In this document: piece after piece, positions 54,020-63,813 of the stretch
How positions within the stretch are numbered: position 1 is the first letter of the stretch
Layout of the letters: each line of letters starts with the position of its first letter
Assembly (NCBI GenBank): GCA_003252375.1
Contig: QKEJ01000111.1
Location: forward strand, 594 to 64,593
Source of the DNA: Halodesulfovibrio sp.
Lineage (GTDB): Bacteria; Desulfobacterota; Desulfovibrionia; Desulfovibrionales; Desulfovibrionaceae
DNA length: 64,000 nucleotides
Direction: 5' to 3'
Translations under genes and position numbers: made by a program
Notes under the pieces: generated by a model
Database searches by the model: none
What the model was told of the DNA's origin: nothing
Seen by the model: only the letters and a program-made list of their open reading frames with translations

Positions 54020-54790
54020 TTATTTGTCCGTGTAGGGCTTGCCCCACATGCCTTCTTCCACGCGTACGTATTTGAGGAAGGCGTAAAATGCGCCGTGAGC
54101 GGCGTTGATGAAGCCGGCGCGTCCGTCCAGCATGCCCAGCTGGAAGAGATAGAGCTTGGCAAAGCGCATCATCCCGTGGCCGATGCCGCGCAGCACGCCG
54201 CCCTTGCGGCCCTTGCGCCTGAGATCGTCCGCACCCTGCTGGGCATAGGAATTGATCTTGTCCAGATGCTGGGCGAAGCTCTCGTAGGGGTAGTGGATGA
54301 TATCCGCCCGCAGGGTGTCCGTGGTGCCGCGGGGATGGAACGAATAGTGCGCCCCGCTTACCTCCACCAGCATTCTGTCGGCGCGGAAGACACGCAGCAG
54401 CCGGTCCGGGTACCAGCCCGAATGGCGCATGAACCTGTCATAATACCAGTTGCGCCGGTGCACATAGTACCCGGAAAGCTCTTCGGGAGCCGAGGCGACG
54501 GCGGCAAGGATGCGATCGCGCAGGTCTTCGGTGCAGATTTCATCCTGATCCAGGCTGACCACCCAAGGCGTGTCCACCTGTTCGAGGGCAAAGCGGAACT
54601 GGGGCCCTGGGCCTTCCCAGGCGCGCTGGATGACCGTGGCGCCGGCAGCCGTGGCCATGGCCACAGTCGCGTCCGTGGAATGGGAGTCCACCACAAGCAC
54701 CTTGTCGCAGAAGCTGAGCGAGGCAAGGCATTTGTCCAGCAGGCGCTCCCCATTGTAGGTGAGCACCAGACCGGTCAGGGCTGGCTTCAT
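54020..54790 (-). CDS. family 2 glycosyltransferase (WaaE/KdtX-like)
   Basis: [33 protein letters not shown]. Confidence 0.88.
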   Translation of the reverse strand: MKPALTGLVLTYNGERLLDKCLASLSFCDKVLVVDSHSTDATVAMATAAGATVIQRAWEGPGPQFRFALEQVDTPWVVSLDQDEICTEDLRDRILAAVASAPEELSGYYVHRRNWYYDRFMRHSGWYPDRLLRVFRADRMLVEVSGAHYSFHPRGTTDTLRADIIHYPYESFAQHLDKINSYAQQGADDLRRKGRKGGVLRGIGHGMMRFAKLYLFQLGMLDGRAGFINAAHGAFYAFLKYVRVEEGMWGKPYTDK

Positions 54791-55956
54791 CGGGCGGCTC
54801 CGGAGCAGGTGGTGCAGATGTCGCGAACCGCTGCGATGACGTCGTCCACGTCCTTCTCGCCCAGCTTGGCCGAAAGCGGCAGGCTGACGGTCTCACGGCC
54901 AAAGGCCATGGCGTGGGGAGTTTCCTCGGGCTTCCAGCCGAACCGTTTCTGGTAGTAGGGATGCTCGGGGATGGAAAGATAGTGCACGCCCACGCCGATG
55001 TTCCGGGCCCGCAGCGCCTCCAGCATCTGATCGCGTTCCACGCCGCAGCAGGCGGCGTCCACGCGGATGGTGTAGAGGTGGTAGGCGTGTCGCGTGTTTT
55101 CCTCCACAGGTGCGGGCAGGCCGAGACCGAGGTCCGCGAAGGCCTCCATGTACCGTTCCCAGACCACCCTGCGATGGTTCCAGTAGCGGTCTATGCGGGG
55201 CAGCTGATGCAGCCCGAGGGCCGCCTGCAGATCCATCATGTTGTATTTGAAGCCGTGGTCCACCACCTGGTAGTGCTTGTACCCCGCATCGGAGAACCGG
55301 GCCCATGCGTCGGCGCTCATGCCGTGCAGGGCCATGATCTTGCAGCGGTCTATGGCGGCCTTGTCGTCGGAGATGAGCATGCCGCCCTCGCCGGTGACAA
55401 TGTTCTTGGTCGCATAGAAGCTGAAGCAGCCGATGTGGCCGATGGTGCCGGCCTTGCGGCCCTTGTATTCCGTCTCGATGGCGTGCGCGCAGTCCTCGAT
55501 GACCTTCAGGCCGTGCCGTTCGGCAATGGCCATGATGGCGTCCATGTCGCAGCAGCGGCCGGCGTAGTGCACCACCATGATGGCGCGGGTACGCGGCGTG
55601 ATGCGGGATTCGATGGACGCGGGCTCGATGTTCTGAGTGGCGGGGTCCACATCGGCCAGCACGGGGGTGCCCCCTGCGTGGATGATGGAGTTGACCGACG
55701 CGCAGAAGGTCATGGCCGTGGTGATCACCTCGTCGCCGGGCTCAAGCTCCAGCGTCAGGCAGGCAAGATGCAGGGCCGCCGTGCAGGAGTTGACGGCGGC
55801 GGCATGGCCCACGCCCTTGTATGCGGCAAAATCCTTTTCGAACTTGTGTACCTTGGGACCGGTTCCGATCCATGCCTTGTTCAGGCTGTCCACCACTTCG
55901 TCTATTTCGTCCTGTTCGATCAGCGGCTGTCCGAAGACCAGAAAGGAATCGCGCAT
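54787..55956 (-). CDS. DegT/DnrJ/EryC1/StrS family sugar aminotransferase
   Basis: NSCTAALHLA, GDEVIT, EDCAHA, FSFYATKN (PLP Lys), GEGGM, GFKYNM. Confidence 0.92.
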   Translation of the reverse strand: MRDSFLVFGQPLIEQDEIDEVVDSLNKAWIGTGPKVHKFEKDFAAYKGVGHAAAVNSCTAALHLACLTLELEPGDEVITTAMTFCASVNSIIHAGGTPVLADVDPATQNIEPASIESRITPRTRAIMVVHYAGRCCDMDAIMAIAERHGLKVIEDCAHAIETEYKGRKAGTIGHIGCFSFYATKNIVTGEGGMLISDDKAAIDRCKIMALHGMSADAWARFSDAGYKHYQVVDHGFKYNMMDLQAALGLHQLPRIDRYWNHRRVVWERYMEAFADLGLGLPAPVEENTRHAYHLYTIRVDAACCGVERDQMLEALRARNIGVGVHYLSIPEHPYYQKRFGWKPEETPHAMAFGRETVSLPLSAKLGEKDVDDVIAAVRDICTTCSGAAR

Positions 55957-56174
55957 GTATGTAGGCTCCGCGTTCAGTGCGTGTGTGCCCCCGGCCGGAT
56001 GCGGGGCAGGGGCGGAAAAGGGATGTGCCTGTCCGGCGCCGCTCGGGCGCGTGTCCAGTGCTGCGTTTCTGTGCGCTCTTTGGCTGCGAAAGTCAAGGTG
56101 GTCGCCGGTGTCGCGGTGCATGCGCAGCGTGCTTCCGGCTGCGGCGCGGGCGGCGGCTCCTCGGCAGTGTACCC

Positions 56175-56203
56175 AAAAAAAGGGGGTCTTGCGACCCCCT
56201 TTT
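56175..56203 (-). terminator. terminator after tsf
   Basis: AAAAAAAGGGGGTC-TTGC-GACCCCCTTTT. Confidence 0.85.
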
Positions 56204-56224
56204 GCATGCTATGCGGAGAAAGGA

Positions 56225-57043
56225 CTATTCGGCGTCTTCTTCGGCCGGGGCGTCCTCGCCCAGAGCGAACCGCACGAATTCGACAACCTTGGCGCCGCCC
56301 TTGAGCAGGTCCTTCACGGCCATCTTGTCGTCACGGATGTAGGGCTGGTCGAGCAGGGTCACTTCCTTGAAGAACTTCTGCATGCGGCCTTCCACGATCT
56401 TGTCCACGATGTTCTCGGGCTTGCCTTCGTCCAGGGTCTTCTGGCGATGCACGGCGCGTTCACGCTCGATCAGATCGGCGGGAATGCTGGAGGAGTCGAG
56501 AGACACGGGGTTGGTAGCGGCAACCTGCATGGCGATGTTCTTGGCCAGTTCGGCATCGCTGGAGCCTTCAATGGCAACCAGAACGCCGATCTTGCCGTTG
56601 GAGTGCACGTAGGAACCGATGATGCCGTCGGCAGCAAGTTCCACGCGGGCAGCACGGCCGGCAGACATGTTTTCACCCAGGGTGGCGATGCAGTCGTTCA
56701 CGTCACCGGCCACACGGTCGGCAAAGCCTTCGGCGCCCTTGGCGGCGACGTCGGCAGCGAACTTCTGGGACGTGGCGATGAAGGCTTCGTTGCGGGCAAC
56801 GAAGTCGGTTTCGCACTTGAACTCGGCCAGAGCACCCACCTTGCCTTCCACCAGGCAGCCTACGAGGCCTTCGGTGGTGGCGCGGCCAGCCTTCTTGGCA
56901 GCCTTGGAGAGACCCTTCTGGCGGAGCCAGTCGATGGCCTGTTCTTCGTTACCATCGTTTTCTGCAAGGGCCTTCTTGCAGTCCATCATGCCAGCGCCAG
57001 TCTTTTCACGCAGGCTCTTCACCATTGCGGCGGAAATAGACAT
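56225..57043 (-). CDS. tsf: elongation factor Ts
   Basis: LREKTGAGMMDCKKAL, CETDFVA, MQVAATNP, GKPENIVDKIVEGR. Confidence 0.98.
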   Translation of the reverse strand: MSISAAMVKSLREKTGAGMMDCKKALAENDGNEEQAIDWLRQKGLSKAAKKAGRATTEGLVGCLVEGKVGALAEFKCETDFVARNEAFIATSQKFAADVAAKGAEGFADRVAGDVNDCIATLGENMSAGRAARVELAADGIIGSYVHSNGKIGVLVAIEGSSDAELAKNIAMQVAATNPVSLDSSSIPADLIERERAVHRQKTLDEGKPENIVDKIVEGRMQKFFKEVTLLDQPYIRDDKMAVKDLLKGGAKVVEFVRFALGEDAPAEEDAE

Positions 57044-57061
57044 GTTATTCTCCCGGTGTTG

Positions 57062-57820
57062 TTATTCTGCTTCCTTGGCTTCTGCTTCTGCAGCAGCGGC
57101 CATGGCTACTTCGGGCTCAACGTCCTTGCCGTCCTTGCTCATGGCAGCGCCTTCAACGCAGGCTTCTGCGATGTGGGCCACGAACAGCTTGATGGCGCGG
57201 ATGGCGTCGTCGTTGCCGGGGATGACATAGTCGATCACGTCGGGATCGCAGTTGGAGTCGGTGATGGCAACAATCGGGATACCGAGCTTGCGGCATTCCT
57301 TGACGGCGATTTCTTCGCGCTTGGGGTCGACGACGAAAGCGAGCTGGGGCAGGGTGTCCATGTTCTTGATACCGCCCAGGGTCAGTTCCAGCTTGTCCAT
57401 TTCGCGACGCAGGTTCAGGATTTCCTTCTTCTGGTAGCGGTTCACGGAACCATCTTCGAACATGCTCTCAAGCTTCTTGAGGCGGTCGATGGACTTGCGG
57501 ATGGTCTGGAAGTTGGTGAGCGTGCCGCCCATCCAACGGTTGGTTACGAAGAACTGACCGGCCTTGGAGGCTTCGGTGCGAACGGCTTCGTGAGCCTGGC
57601 GCTTGGTGCCGATGAAGATGACCTTGCCACCCTTGGCGACAGTTTCGGCCACCTTGTCATGGGCGCGGCGGAACAGCTTTGCGGTCTGCTGCAGGTCCAT
57701 GATGTGAATGCCATTGCGGGCACCGAAGATGAAAGGACGCATCTTGGGGTTCCAGCGACGGGTCTGGTGACCGAAATGAACGCCGGTCTCCAGCATCTGC
57801 TTCATAGAAACGTACGACAT
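57062..57820 (-). CDS. rpsB: 30S ribosomal protein S2
   Basis: [41 protein letters not shown]. Confidence 0.98.
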   Translation of the reverse strand: MSYVSMKQMLETGVHFGHQTRRWNPKMRPFIFGARNGIHIMDLQQTAKLFRRAHDKVAETVAKGGKVIFIGTKRQAHEAVRTEASKAGQFFVTNRWMGGTLTNFQTIRKSIDRLKKLESMFEDGSVNRYQKKEILNLRREMDKLELTLGGIKNMDTLPQLAFVVDPKREEIAVKECRKLGIPIVAITDSNCDPDVIDYVIPGNDDAIRAIKLFVAHIAEACVEGAAMSKDGKDVEPEVAMAAAAEAEAKEAE

Positions 57821-57946
57821 GGTAAACTCCTGTTGGGTTTTTCTTCCACCCCTGGCCATGACCCTCGACCTGCATGAAGGTACGTAAAAACGCCTACTTG
57901 CAGGCACCCAAGGACGAAACCGGGAGTGTGCTTAATGTGTAAAAGG
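57821..57946 (-). ncRNA. rpsB 5' leader (S2 autoregulatory / t44-like element)
   Basis: About 125-nt leader with CACAC...GGGUG...UGGAAG..AACCC elements typical of rpsB leaders, between promoter and RBS. Confidence 0.55.
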
Positions 57947-57952
57947 CAGGGA

Positions 57953-57981
57953 TAAATACGCCGCATCGCGGGAAATGGCAA
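57953..57981 (-). promoter_or_regulatory. sigma70 promoter of rpsB-tsf
   Basis: Minus strand TTGCCA-N17-TATTTA. Confidence 0.55.
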
Positions 57982-58028
57982 GCCTTTCCGCGCAATGGGG
58001 CGAAATTTTCACGGGTTCCGCAGGGGGA

Positions 58029-58811
58029 TTACTGGACCGGTGTCGCGTCGCCTCCGGAGCGTTCGAGGCAGTCGCGCACGGGGTTGATGAGCAGGGCCAT
58101 GTTTTCCACTTCCACCCGCACTTCGTCGCCTGCATGCAGCGGCCCCACGCCGGGAGGCGTGCCGGTGAGAATGAGGTCGCCGGGCTGCAGGGTCATGACG
58201 TGGGATATGTGGGCCACAAGCTCGTAGGGGGAGAAGAGCATGTCGGAGGTATGCCCTTCCTGGACCACCTCGCCGTTCTTGATGCAGCGGATGGTCAGGT
58301 TGTCCGGGTCCGGAACGTCGGTTTCAATCCACGGTCCCACGGGCAGGAAGGTATCGAACCCCTTGCAGCGTCCGAACATGGAGTCCTTTTTCTGCAGGTC
58401 ACGGGCCGTGACGTCGTTGGCGCAGGTGAAGCCGAAAATGCTGTCCGCCACCTGATCCACACGCAGCCCGCGCGATTCCTTGCCGATGACGATGGCCAGC
58501 TCGGCTTCGTGATCCACCTGTGTGGAGGCTTCGGGCAGCAGGATGGGCTGTCCCGACCCGATGATGGCGCTGGGGGGCTTGAGAAAATAGACCGGCTCGT
58601 CCGGAACGGGCATGCCGATTTCCGCCGCGTGCGCCTTGTAGTTGAGTCCTGCGCAGACGACCTTGGTGGGCGCGACCACGGGCAGGACCGTGATCTCCTC
58701 CAGCGGGATGGGGTCGACAAGGCCGAGCTGCGGGTTGAGGCACAGCACGGTATTGTCCTTCAGTGCGGCATAGAAAGAGGAATGCTGGTAACGGACCCTG
58801 AGAACACGCAT
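58029..58811 (-). CDS. fumarylacetoacetate hydrolase family protein
   Basis: GLNYKAH, FLKPPS, DHEAELA, NDVTARDLQ, KGFDTF, GDLILTGTP; GGAGGAG RBS. Confidence 0.92.
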   Translation of the reverse strand: MRVLRVRYQHSSFYAALKDNTVLCLNPQLGLVDPIPLEEITVLPVVAPTKVVCAGLNYKAHAAEIGMPVPDEPVYFLKPPSAIIGSGQPILLPEASTQVDHEAELAIVIGKESRGLRVDQVADSIFGFTCANDVTARDLQKKDSMFGRCKGFDTFLPVGPWIETDVPDPDNLTIRCIKNGEVVQEGHTSDMLFSPYELVAHISHVMTLQPGDLILTGTPPGVGPLHAGDEVRVEVENMALLINPVRDCLERSGGDATPVQ

Positions 58812-58919
58812 GGCTCCTCCGGAAGCAGGACGTTGTCGGAAGGGGAAACTGCTAGGCAGTCTGCGGCAGGAGAATGGAAGCGTCCATGATTCTTCCAAAA
58901 GCCGAACGGAGCTGGCGGA

Positions 58920-60578
58920 TTACACCATGGTGATGACGGGCAGCACCACGGGGTCCCGTTCCAGCACCTTGCGGAAGAAGCGGCGCAGGGTGGAGCGGAT
59001 GCGGTCCTGCAGCTTCTCTATGTCGCCGGGGCTCATGTTCTCAAGGATGTCCAGCACGATGCATTTGGCGTCTTCCAGCACGTGGTTGTAGTACGCCTCG
59101 AAGATGAACCCCTTGGAGACGATGTCCGGGCCGTGCAGGATCTCCCAGATCTGTTCATCCAGTACGAGAAAGACCACCACCATGCCCTCGCCGCCGAGGA
59201 TCTGGCGTTCCTTGAGCACGGAGGAGCCCACGTCGCCCACGCCCTTGCCGTCCACCAGCACGGTGTCCAGATTGATGCGCGGTTCGGGGCGGATGCCTTC
59301 CGGCAGCAGGGTGACGGGGTAGCCGTCCTCTATGATGATGGTGTTTTCTTCCGGCAGGCCGCATTCGTGCGCAAGGCGGCAGTGCTTGACCAGATGGCGG
59401 TATTCGCCATGCACGGGCACGAAGTAGCGGGGGCGCACCGTTTCCAGCATGGTGCGCAGCTCCTCGCGGTAGGCATGGCCGGAGGCGTGGATGTTGCGGA
59501 AATTCTCGTAGTAGACCTCCGCCCCCAGACGGTACATGTCGTTGATGAGGCGGGTGATGGCCCGTGCGTTGCCGGGGATGAACCGCGAGGACATGATGAC
59601 CGTGTCCCCTTCCTTGATGGACAGGAAGCGGTGCTCCCCGCGGGTGATGCGGGAGAGGGCGGAAAGCGGTTCCCCCTGCGAGCCCGTGACCAGCAGGACG
59701 ATCTCGTTGTCCGGCAGGGCGGGCATTTCGCCCGGGTCCATGTAGACGCCGGAGGGCACCCGCAGGAAACCGAGGTCGCGTGCGATGTCAATGTTGTTCA
59801 AGAGGCTGCGTCCGGATACGGCCACCTTGCGGCCGTACTTGGCCGCGATGTCGAAGACTTCCTGTATGCGCTGGATGTGGCTGGAAAACAGGGTGACCAC
59901 GATGCGCCCCGGGGCGTCCCGGAAGATGCCGTCAAAGGTGTCGCGGATTTCCCGCTCGCCCAGCGAGTGGCCGTCCCGCTCAATGTTGGTGGAGTCGGAA
60001 AGCAGCAGCTCCACCCCGCTGTCGGCAAAGCGCCGGAACGCGTCGAGATCGGTGCTGTGTCCGTCAATGGGGTTGGCGTCCAGCTTGAAGTCGCCCGTAT
60101 GCACCACCCGGCCCACCGGGGTCTCCACCCCGAGCCCGAAGCCTTCGATGATGGAATGGCAGACCGGGAAGAAGTTGAAGGTCATGTCGCCAAGCACCAG
60201 GCGCTGGTTCGGTTCCACCACGACCAGCGTGGTGCGGTCCAGCAGGTTGGCTTCGCGCAGCTTGTGCTCCACAAGGGCAAGGGTGAAGCGTGAGCCGTAG
60301 ATCGGCACGTGCAGCCACGGCATGAGCCACGGCAGCGCGCCGATGTGGTCCTCGTGCCCGTGGGTGAGCACGATGCCCTGCACCCTCTCCTTCTGCTTCA
60401 GGATGTGGTCGAACTGCGGGATGACCACGTCGATGCCCAGATGGTAGTCATCGGGGAACATGAGGCCGCAGTCCACCAGCACCGTGGTGGTGGCCGTGGA
60501 CCACATGGTGCAGTTCATGCCGATTTCGCCGTACCCGCCGAGCGGGGTGAGCGTTAGGAAGTCTGGTTGGTCCGGCAT
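58920..60578 (-). CDS. rnj: ribonuclease J
   Basis: PLGGYGEIGMN, THGHEDHIG, HTGDFK, SDSTN, TGSQGEP, HASGH, PVHGEYRH. Confidence 0.95.
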   Translation of the reverse strand: MPDQPDFLTLTPLGGYGEIGMNCTMWSTATTTVLVDCGLMFPDDYHLGIDVVIPQFDHILKQKERVQGIVLTHGHEDHIGALPWLMPWLHVPIYGSRFTLALVEHKLREANLLDRTTLVVVEPNQRLVLGDMTFNFFPVCHSIIEGFGLGVETPVGRVVHTGDFKLDANPIDGHSTDLDAFRRFADSGVELLLSDSTNIERDGHSLGEREIRDTFDGIFRDAPGRIVVTLFSSHIQRIQEVFDIAAKYGRKVAVSGRSLLNNIDIARDLGFLRVPSGVYMDPGEMPALPDNEIVLLVTGSQGEPLSALSRITRGEHRFLSIKEGDTVIMSSRFIPGNARAITRLINDMYRLGAEVYYENFRNIHASGHAYREELRTMLETVRPRYFVPVHGEYRHLVKHCRLAHECGLPEENTIIIEDGYPVTLLPEGIRPEPRINLDTVLVDGKGVGDVGSSVLKERQILGGEGMVVVFLVLDEQIWEILHGPDIVSKGFIFEAYYNHVLEDAKCIVLDILENMSPGDIEKLQDRIRSTLRRFFRKVLERDPVVLPVITMV

Positions 60579-61291
60579 GCGCGCAACTCCTGATAGGCGG
60601 CGTTCATTGTGGTGTGCAGATCGTCGCGGAACCGGTTGCGGTCCTTGAGCGTGTAGGAGGACGCATCCATGGGGGGCAGGGCGCGTACAAGCACGCGATG
60701 ACGCCGCTTGAGCGTGATGTGCCCCTTGGGCAGGATTTCGCCGGTGCCGACCATGACCACGGGGACCACGGGCAGGCCGGTCTTGAGGGCCAGAATGATG
60801 CCCCCGGTCTTGAACTCGCCAAGCTTGGAGGTATCCAACTGCCGGGTGCCCTCGGGAAAAATGACGATGGAACGGCCGGCCTTGGCCACTTCTGCGGCCC
60901 TGTCCATGGAGCGCATGGCGCTGCGGCTGTTCTTGCGGTCAATGGGGATGTGCTTGCCCACGCGGAAGGCCCAGCCCACAAAGGGGATGTTGAAGAGCGT
61001 TTTCTTGGCCACAAAGGCCGGATAGTGGTCGCGCAGCAGCAGGGTGCTGATGGGGATGTCGAACTGGCTCTGGTGGTTCACGATGAAGACCACCGGACCC
61101 TGTGCGGGCACGGCGGCAAGATCGGCTTCCAGCCGGATGCCGGAGAGCACCACGGCGCAGCGGCTCCACAGGGCGGCCAGAAAGCCGCACGCCCGGCCTG
61201 CAGGTGCGAATGCGCCCACCACGAGCGTGGCGACGCTAATGACAAACGTGGCCGTAACGAACGAGAGATAAAACCATATGGTACGGATCAT
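60554..61291 (-). CDS. plsC: 1-acyl-sn-glycerol-3-phosphate acyltransferase
   Basis: NHQSQFD (HX4D), PIDR, FPEGTR, PVVPV. Confidence 0.9.
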   Translation of the reverse strand: MIRTIWFYLSFVTATFVISVATLVVGAFAPAGRACGFLAALWSRCAVVLSGIRLEADLAAVPAQGPVVFIVNHQSQFDIPISTLLLRDHYPAFVAKKTLFNIPFVGWAFRVGKHIPIDRKNSRSAMRSMDRAAEVAKAGRSIVIFPEGTRQLDTSKLGEFKTGGIILALKTGLPVVPVVMVGTGEILPKGHITLKRRHRVLVRALPPMDASSYTLKDRNRFRDDLHTTMNAAYQELRACRTNQTS

Positions 61292-61417
61292 TGGACCTTC
61301 CAGTGCTTGCTAAGTGTGCCACGCTACCGGAAAACTCGGAAGGCCTCAAGAGATTGCCTTGGCAAACTCCGGCAAAATTTCCATGCCCTGCTGCGCAGCG
61401 GGCGGTCCGGCATGCAG

Positions 61418-61446
61418 AAAGCCCCACCGTTCCCGGCGGGGCTTTT
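61418..61446. terminator. terminator after EF-G2 gene
   Basis: AAAGCCCCACCG...CGGCGGGGCTTTT imperfect stem. Confidence 0.6.
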
Positions 61447-61457
61447 GTCTGTTCTCG

Positions 61458-63518
61458 TTATTCGCGGGCGGCCTGATACTCGGCTACCACCTTGTCCACC
61501 ACTGGCGGCGGCGCCTCTTCGTAGTGGGTCAGCTCCATGGTGAACACGCCCTGACCGCCGGTCATGGACCGCAGGTCCGGGGCGTAGCGCAGCACCTCGT
61601 TCATGGGCACATGCGCCTTTATCTCGGTGATGCCGGACTGGGAATCCGACCCCAGCACCTTGCCCCGGCGGGAGGAGAGGTCGCCGATCACGTCGCCCAT
61701 GTATTCGTCGGGAATCTGCACGGAAAGCATGACAATGGGTTCCAGCAGCGCGGGCTTCACCTTGTCCATGGCGTTCTTCAGGGCCAGCGAACCGGCGATC
61801 TTGAAGGCCATTTCGGAGGAGTCCACGTTGTGGTAGGAGCCGTCGTACAGCTTGGCGCGGAAGTCCACCAGCGGATAGCCTGCCAGATAGCCGCGCTGGG
61901 CCGATTCCTGAATCCCCTTGTCCACGGCGGGGATGTACTGGCGTGGAATCACGCCGCCCACGATGGCGTCCTCGAATTCATAGCCGAACCCGTGGGGCAT
62001 GCCCTCAATCTCCACCCAGCAGTCGCCGAACTGGCCGCGCCCGCCGGACTGCTTCTTGTGGCGTCCCTGCACCTGCGCCTTGCCCTTGATGGTTTCGCGG
62101 TAGGGTATCTTGGGGGTCTTGAGCACCATTTCGCACTTGTAGCGGCGCATGGCCTTTTCCACGCTGGTCTCGATGTGCATCTGCCCCATGCCGGAGATGA
62201 GGATATCACCGGATTCGCCGTCACGGCCGAGGCGCAGCGAGATGTCCTCGTCCAGCAGCTTGTGCACGGCTGCAAACACCTTGTCCTCGTCCCCCTTTTC
62301 CTTGGGGGCCACGGCATAGGAGATGAGCCGCGGGGGCAGGGTGGGGGTGGCCAGCGCAAAGGGCTGCTTTTCGTCGGCAAGGGTGTCGCCGGTCTTGGTC
62401 AGCTTCAGTTTGGGCAGGGCCACGATGGCGCCGGGGCCCACACCGCCGCGGGCGGGGGAGGAATCCTTGCCGATCATGAAGAGCGGCGTGCCGATGCGTT
62501 CCGGCTCTTCCTTGGCCACGTTGCGCAGGCTGGCTTCGCCGTTCAGGGTGCCGGAAAGCACGCGCATTACGGTGAGCTGCCCGGCAAAGGGGTCGGCCAG
62601 GGTCTTGAAGGCGAACATGGAAAGCGGCCCCTCGGCGGATGATGCGCGCGTATTGCCCTCTGCATCCATCCAGGGGGCATGATCCATGGGGCTGGGGAAC
62701 AGGGTCTGGATGGCGTCCAGCAGCTGTGCGCCGCCCTTGTTTTCAAGGGAGGATCCCACGGCCACGGGAACCAGCTCACCCTTCAGCACACCGGAGCGCA
62801 GACCGAGGGCGATCTCCTCGGGCGTCAGTTCGCCGGTCTCCAGGTACTTTTCCATGAGCTCTTCGTCGCTTTCCGCGATGTTTTCGATGGTTGCCTCCCG
62901 CAGCACGGAGACCTCGTCGGTCATGTCGGCCGGGATGGGGGCTTCCGAAAATTTGCCTTCGGCATCAAAGAGGAAGGCCTTTTCTCCCAGCACGTCCACA
63001 ACGCCCTTGAAGTCCTGCTTGGAGCCGATGGGCATGTAGAGCAGAACGGGGCGGATGCCCAGCATGGAGGAGAGGCCGTTGAACGCCATGTCAAAGTCCG
63101 CCCTGTCGCGGTCCATCTTGTTGATGAAGGTAATGGCGGGCAGGCCTTCGCTTTTGACGAAATTCCAGAGTCGTTTGGTCAGCGGACGGACGCCGTCCAC
63201 GGCATCCACAACAAAGACGGCGGCATCCGCACCCTTGAGCAGGTACTGGATGTCGCCGATATAGTTGTTGTCCCCGGGGGTATCGATGAGGAAATGGCGG
63301 TTCTTCTGCCATTCGTAGGTGGCAAAGGCGGGTTGGACGGAGCCGCGTCGTTTTATCTCTTCCGGCTCGAAGTCAAGAATGGTGGTGCCTTCCTCCACCC
63401 TGCCTAGGCGGTTTGTCGTGCCGGACTGAAACAGCAGCATTTCAGCCAGCGACGTCTTTCCGCAACCCCCGGTGCCTACAAGTGCATAGGTTCTCTGGGC
63501 CTCGAATGCTTTGGACAT
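61458..63518 (-). CDS. elongation factor G-like protein (EF-G2 paralog)
   Basis: Full EF-G layout (NKMD, GMGQMH, KKQSGGRGQFG, DGSYH.VDSSE, LRSMTGG) with divergent G1 GTGGCGKT and G3 DTPGD. Confidence 0.92.
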   Translation of the reverse strand: MSKAFEAQRTYALVGTGGCGKTSLAEMLLFQSGTTNRLGRVEEGTTILDFEPEEIKRRGSVQPAFATYEWQKNRHFLIDTPGDNNYIGDIQYLLKGADAAVFVVDAVDGVRPLTKRLWNFVKSEGLPAITFINKMDRDRADFDMAFNGLSSMLGIRPVLLYMPIGSKQDFKGVVDVLGEKAFLFDAEGKFSEAPIPADMTDEVSVLREATIENIAESDEELMEKYLETGELTPEEIALGLRSGVLKGELVPVAVGSSLENKGGAQLLDAIQTLFPSPMDHAPWMDAEGNTRASSAEGPLSMFAFKTLADPFAGQLTVMRVLSGTLNGEASLRNVAKEEPERIGTPLFMIGKDSSPARGGVGPGAIVALPKLKLTKTGDTLADEKQPFALATPTLPPRLISYAVAPKEKGDEDKVFAAVHKLLDEDISLRLGRDGESGDILISGMGQMHIETSVEKAMRRYKCEMVLKTPKIPYRETIKGKAQVQGRHKKQSGGRGQFGDCWVEIEGMPHGFGYEFEDAIVGGVIPRQYIPAVDKGIQESAQRGYLAGYPLVDFRAKLYDGSYHNVDSSEMAFKIAGSLALKNAMDKVKPALLEPIVMLSVQIPDEYMGDVIGDLSSRRGKVLGSDSQSGITEIKAHVPMNEVLRYAPDLRSMTGGQGVFTMELTHYEEAPPPVVDKVVAEYQAARE

Positions 63519-63647
63519 AAACCTCTCCCTTACTCAGTTTCAACCAGTTAAGATGGAGCTGTGCCCGGCGTCCGGGCAGCGGTTCATTGCGACCATGCGG
63601 AGGGGGAAATCAGTGCGGCGTGCCCTCCGACTTTTCCCGATGATGTC

Positions 63648-63676
63648 ACATTGAAGAAGCTGGAACTAGATGTCAA
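63648..63676 (-). promoter_or_regulatory. possible sigma70 promoter of the EF-G2 gene
   Basis: Minus strand TTGACA-N17-CAATGT. Confidence 0.4.
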
Positions 63677-63813
63677 CCCCGTTTGCAAAAACAACAGATT
63701 GTGCAAACAGCCAGTTTTGCGGAGCGCATGATGTGACAAACATGTTGGCAACATGCAGTTGACCCGACACACCAAGTGGGGGATGATGCAACAGCAACCT
63801 GAAGGGGAGCCGT

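Noticed and set aside
63746-63762. Sigma54 promoter at TGGCAAC
   Set aside because: No GC at the -12 position (GG-N10-GC spacing fails)
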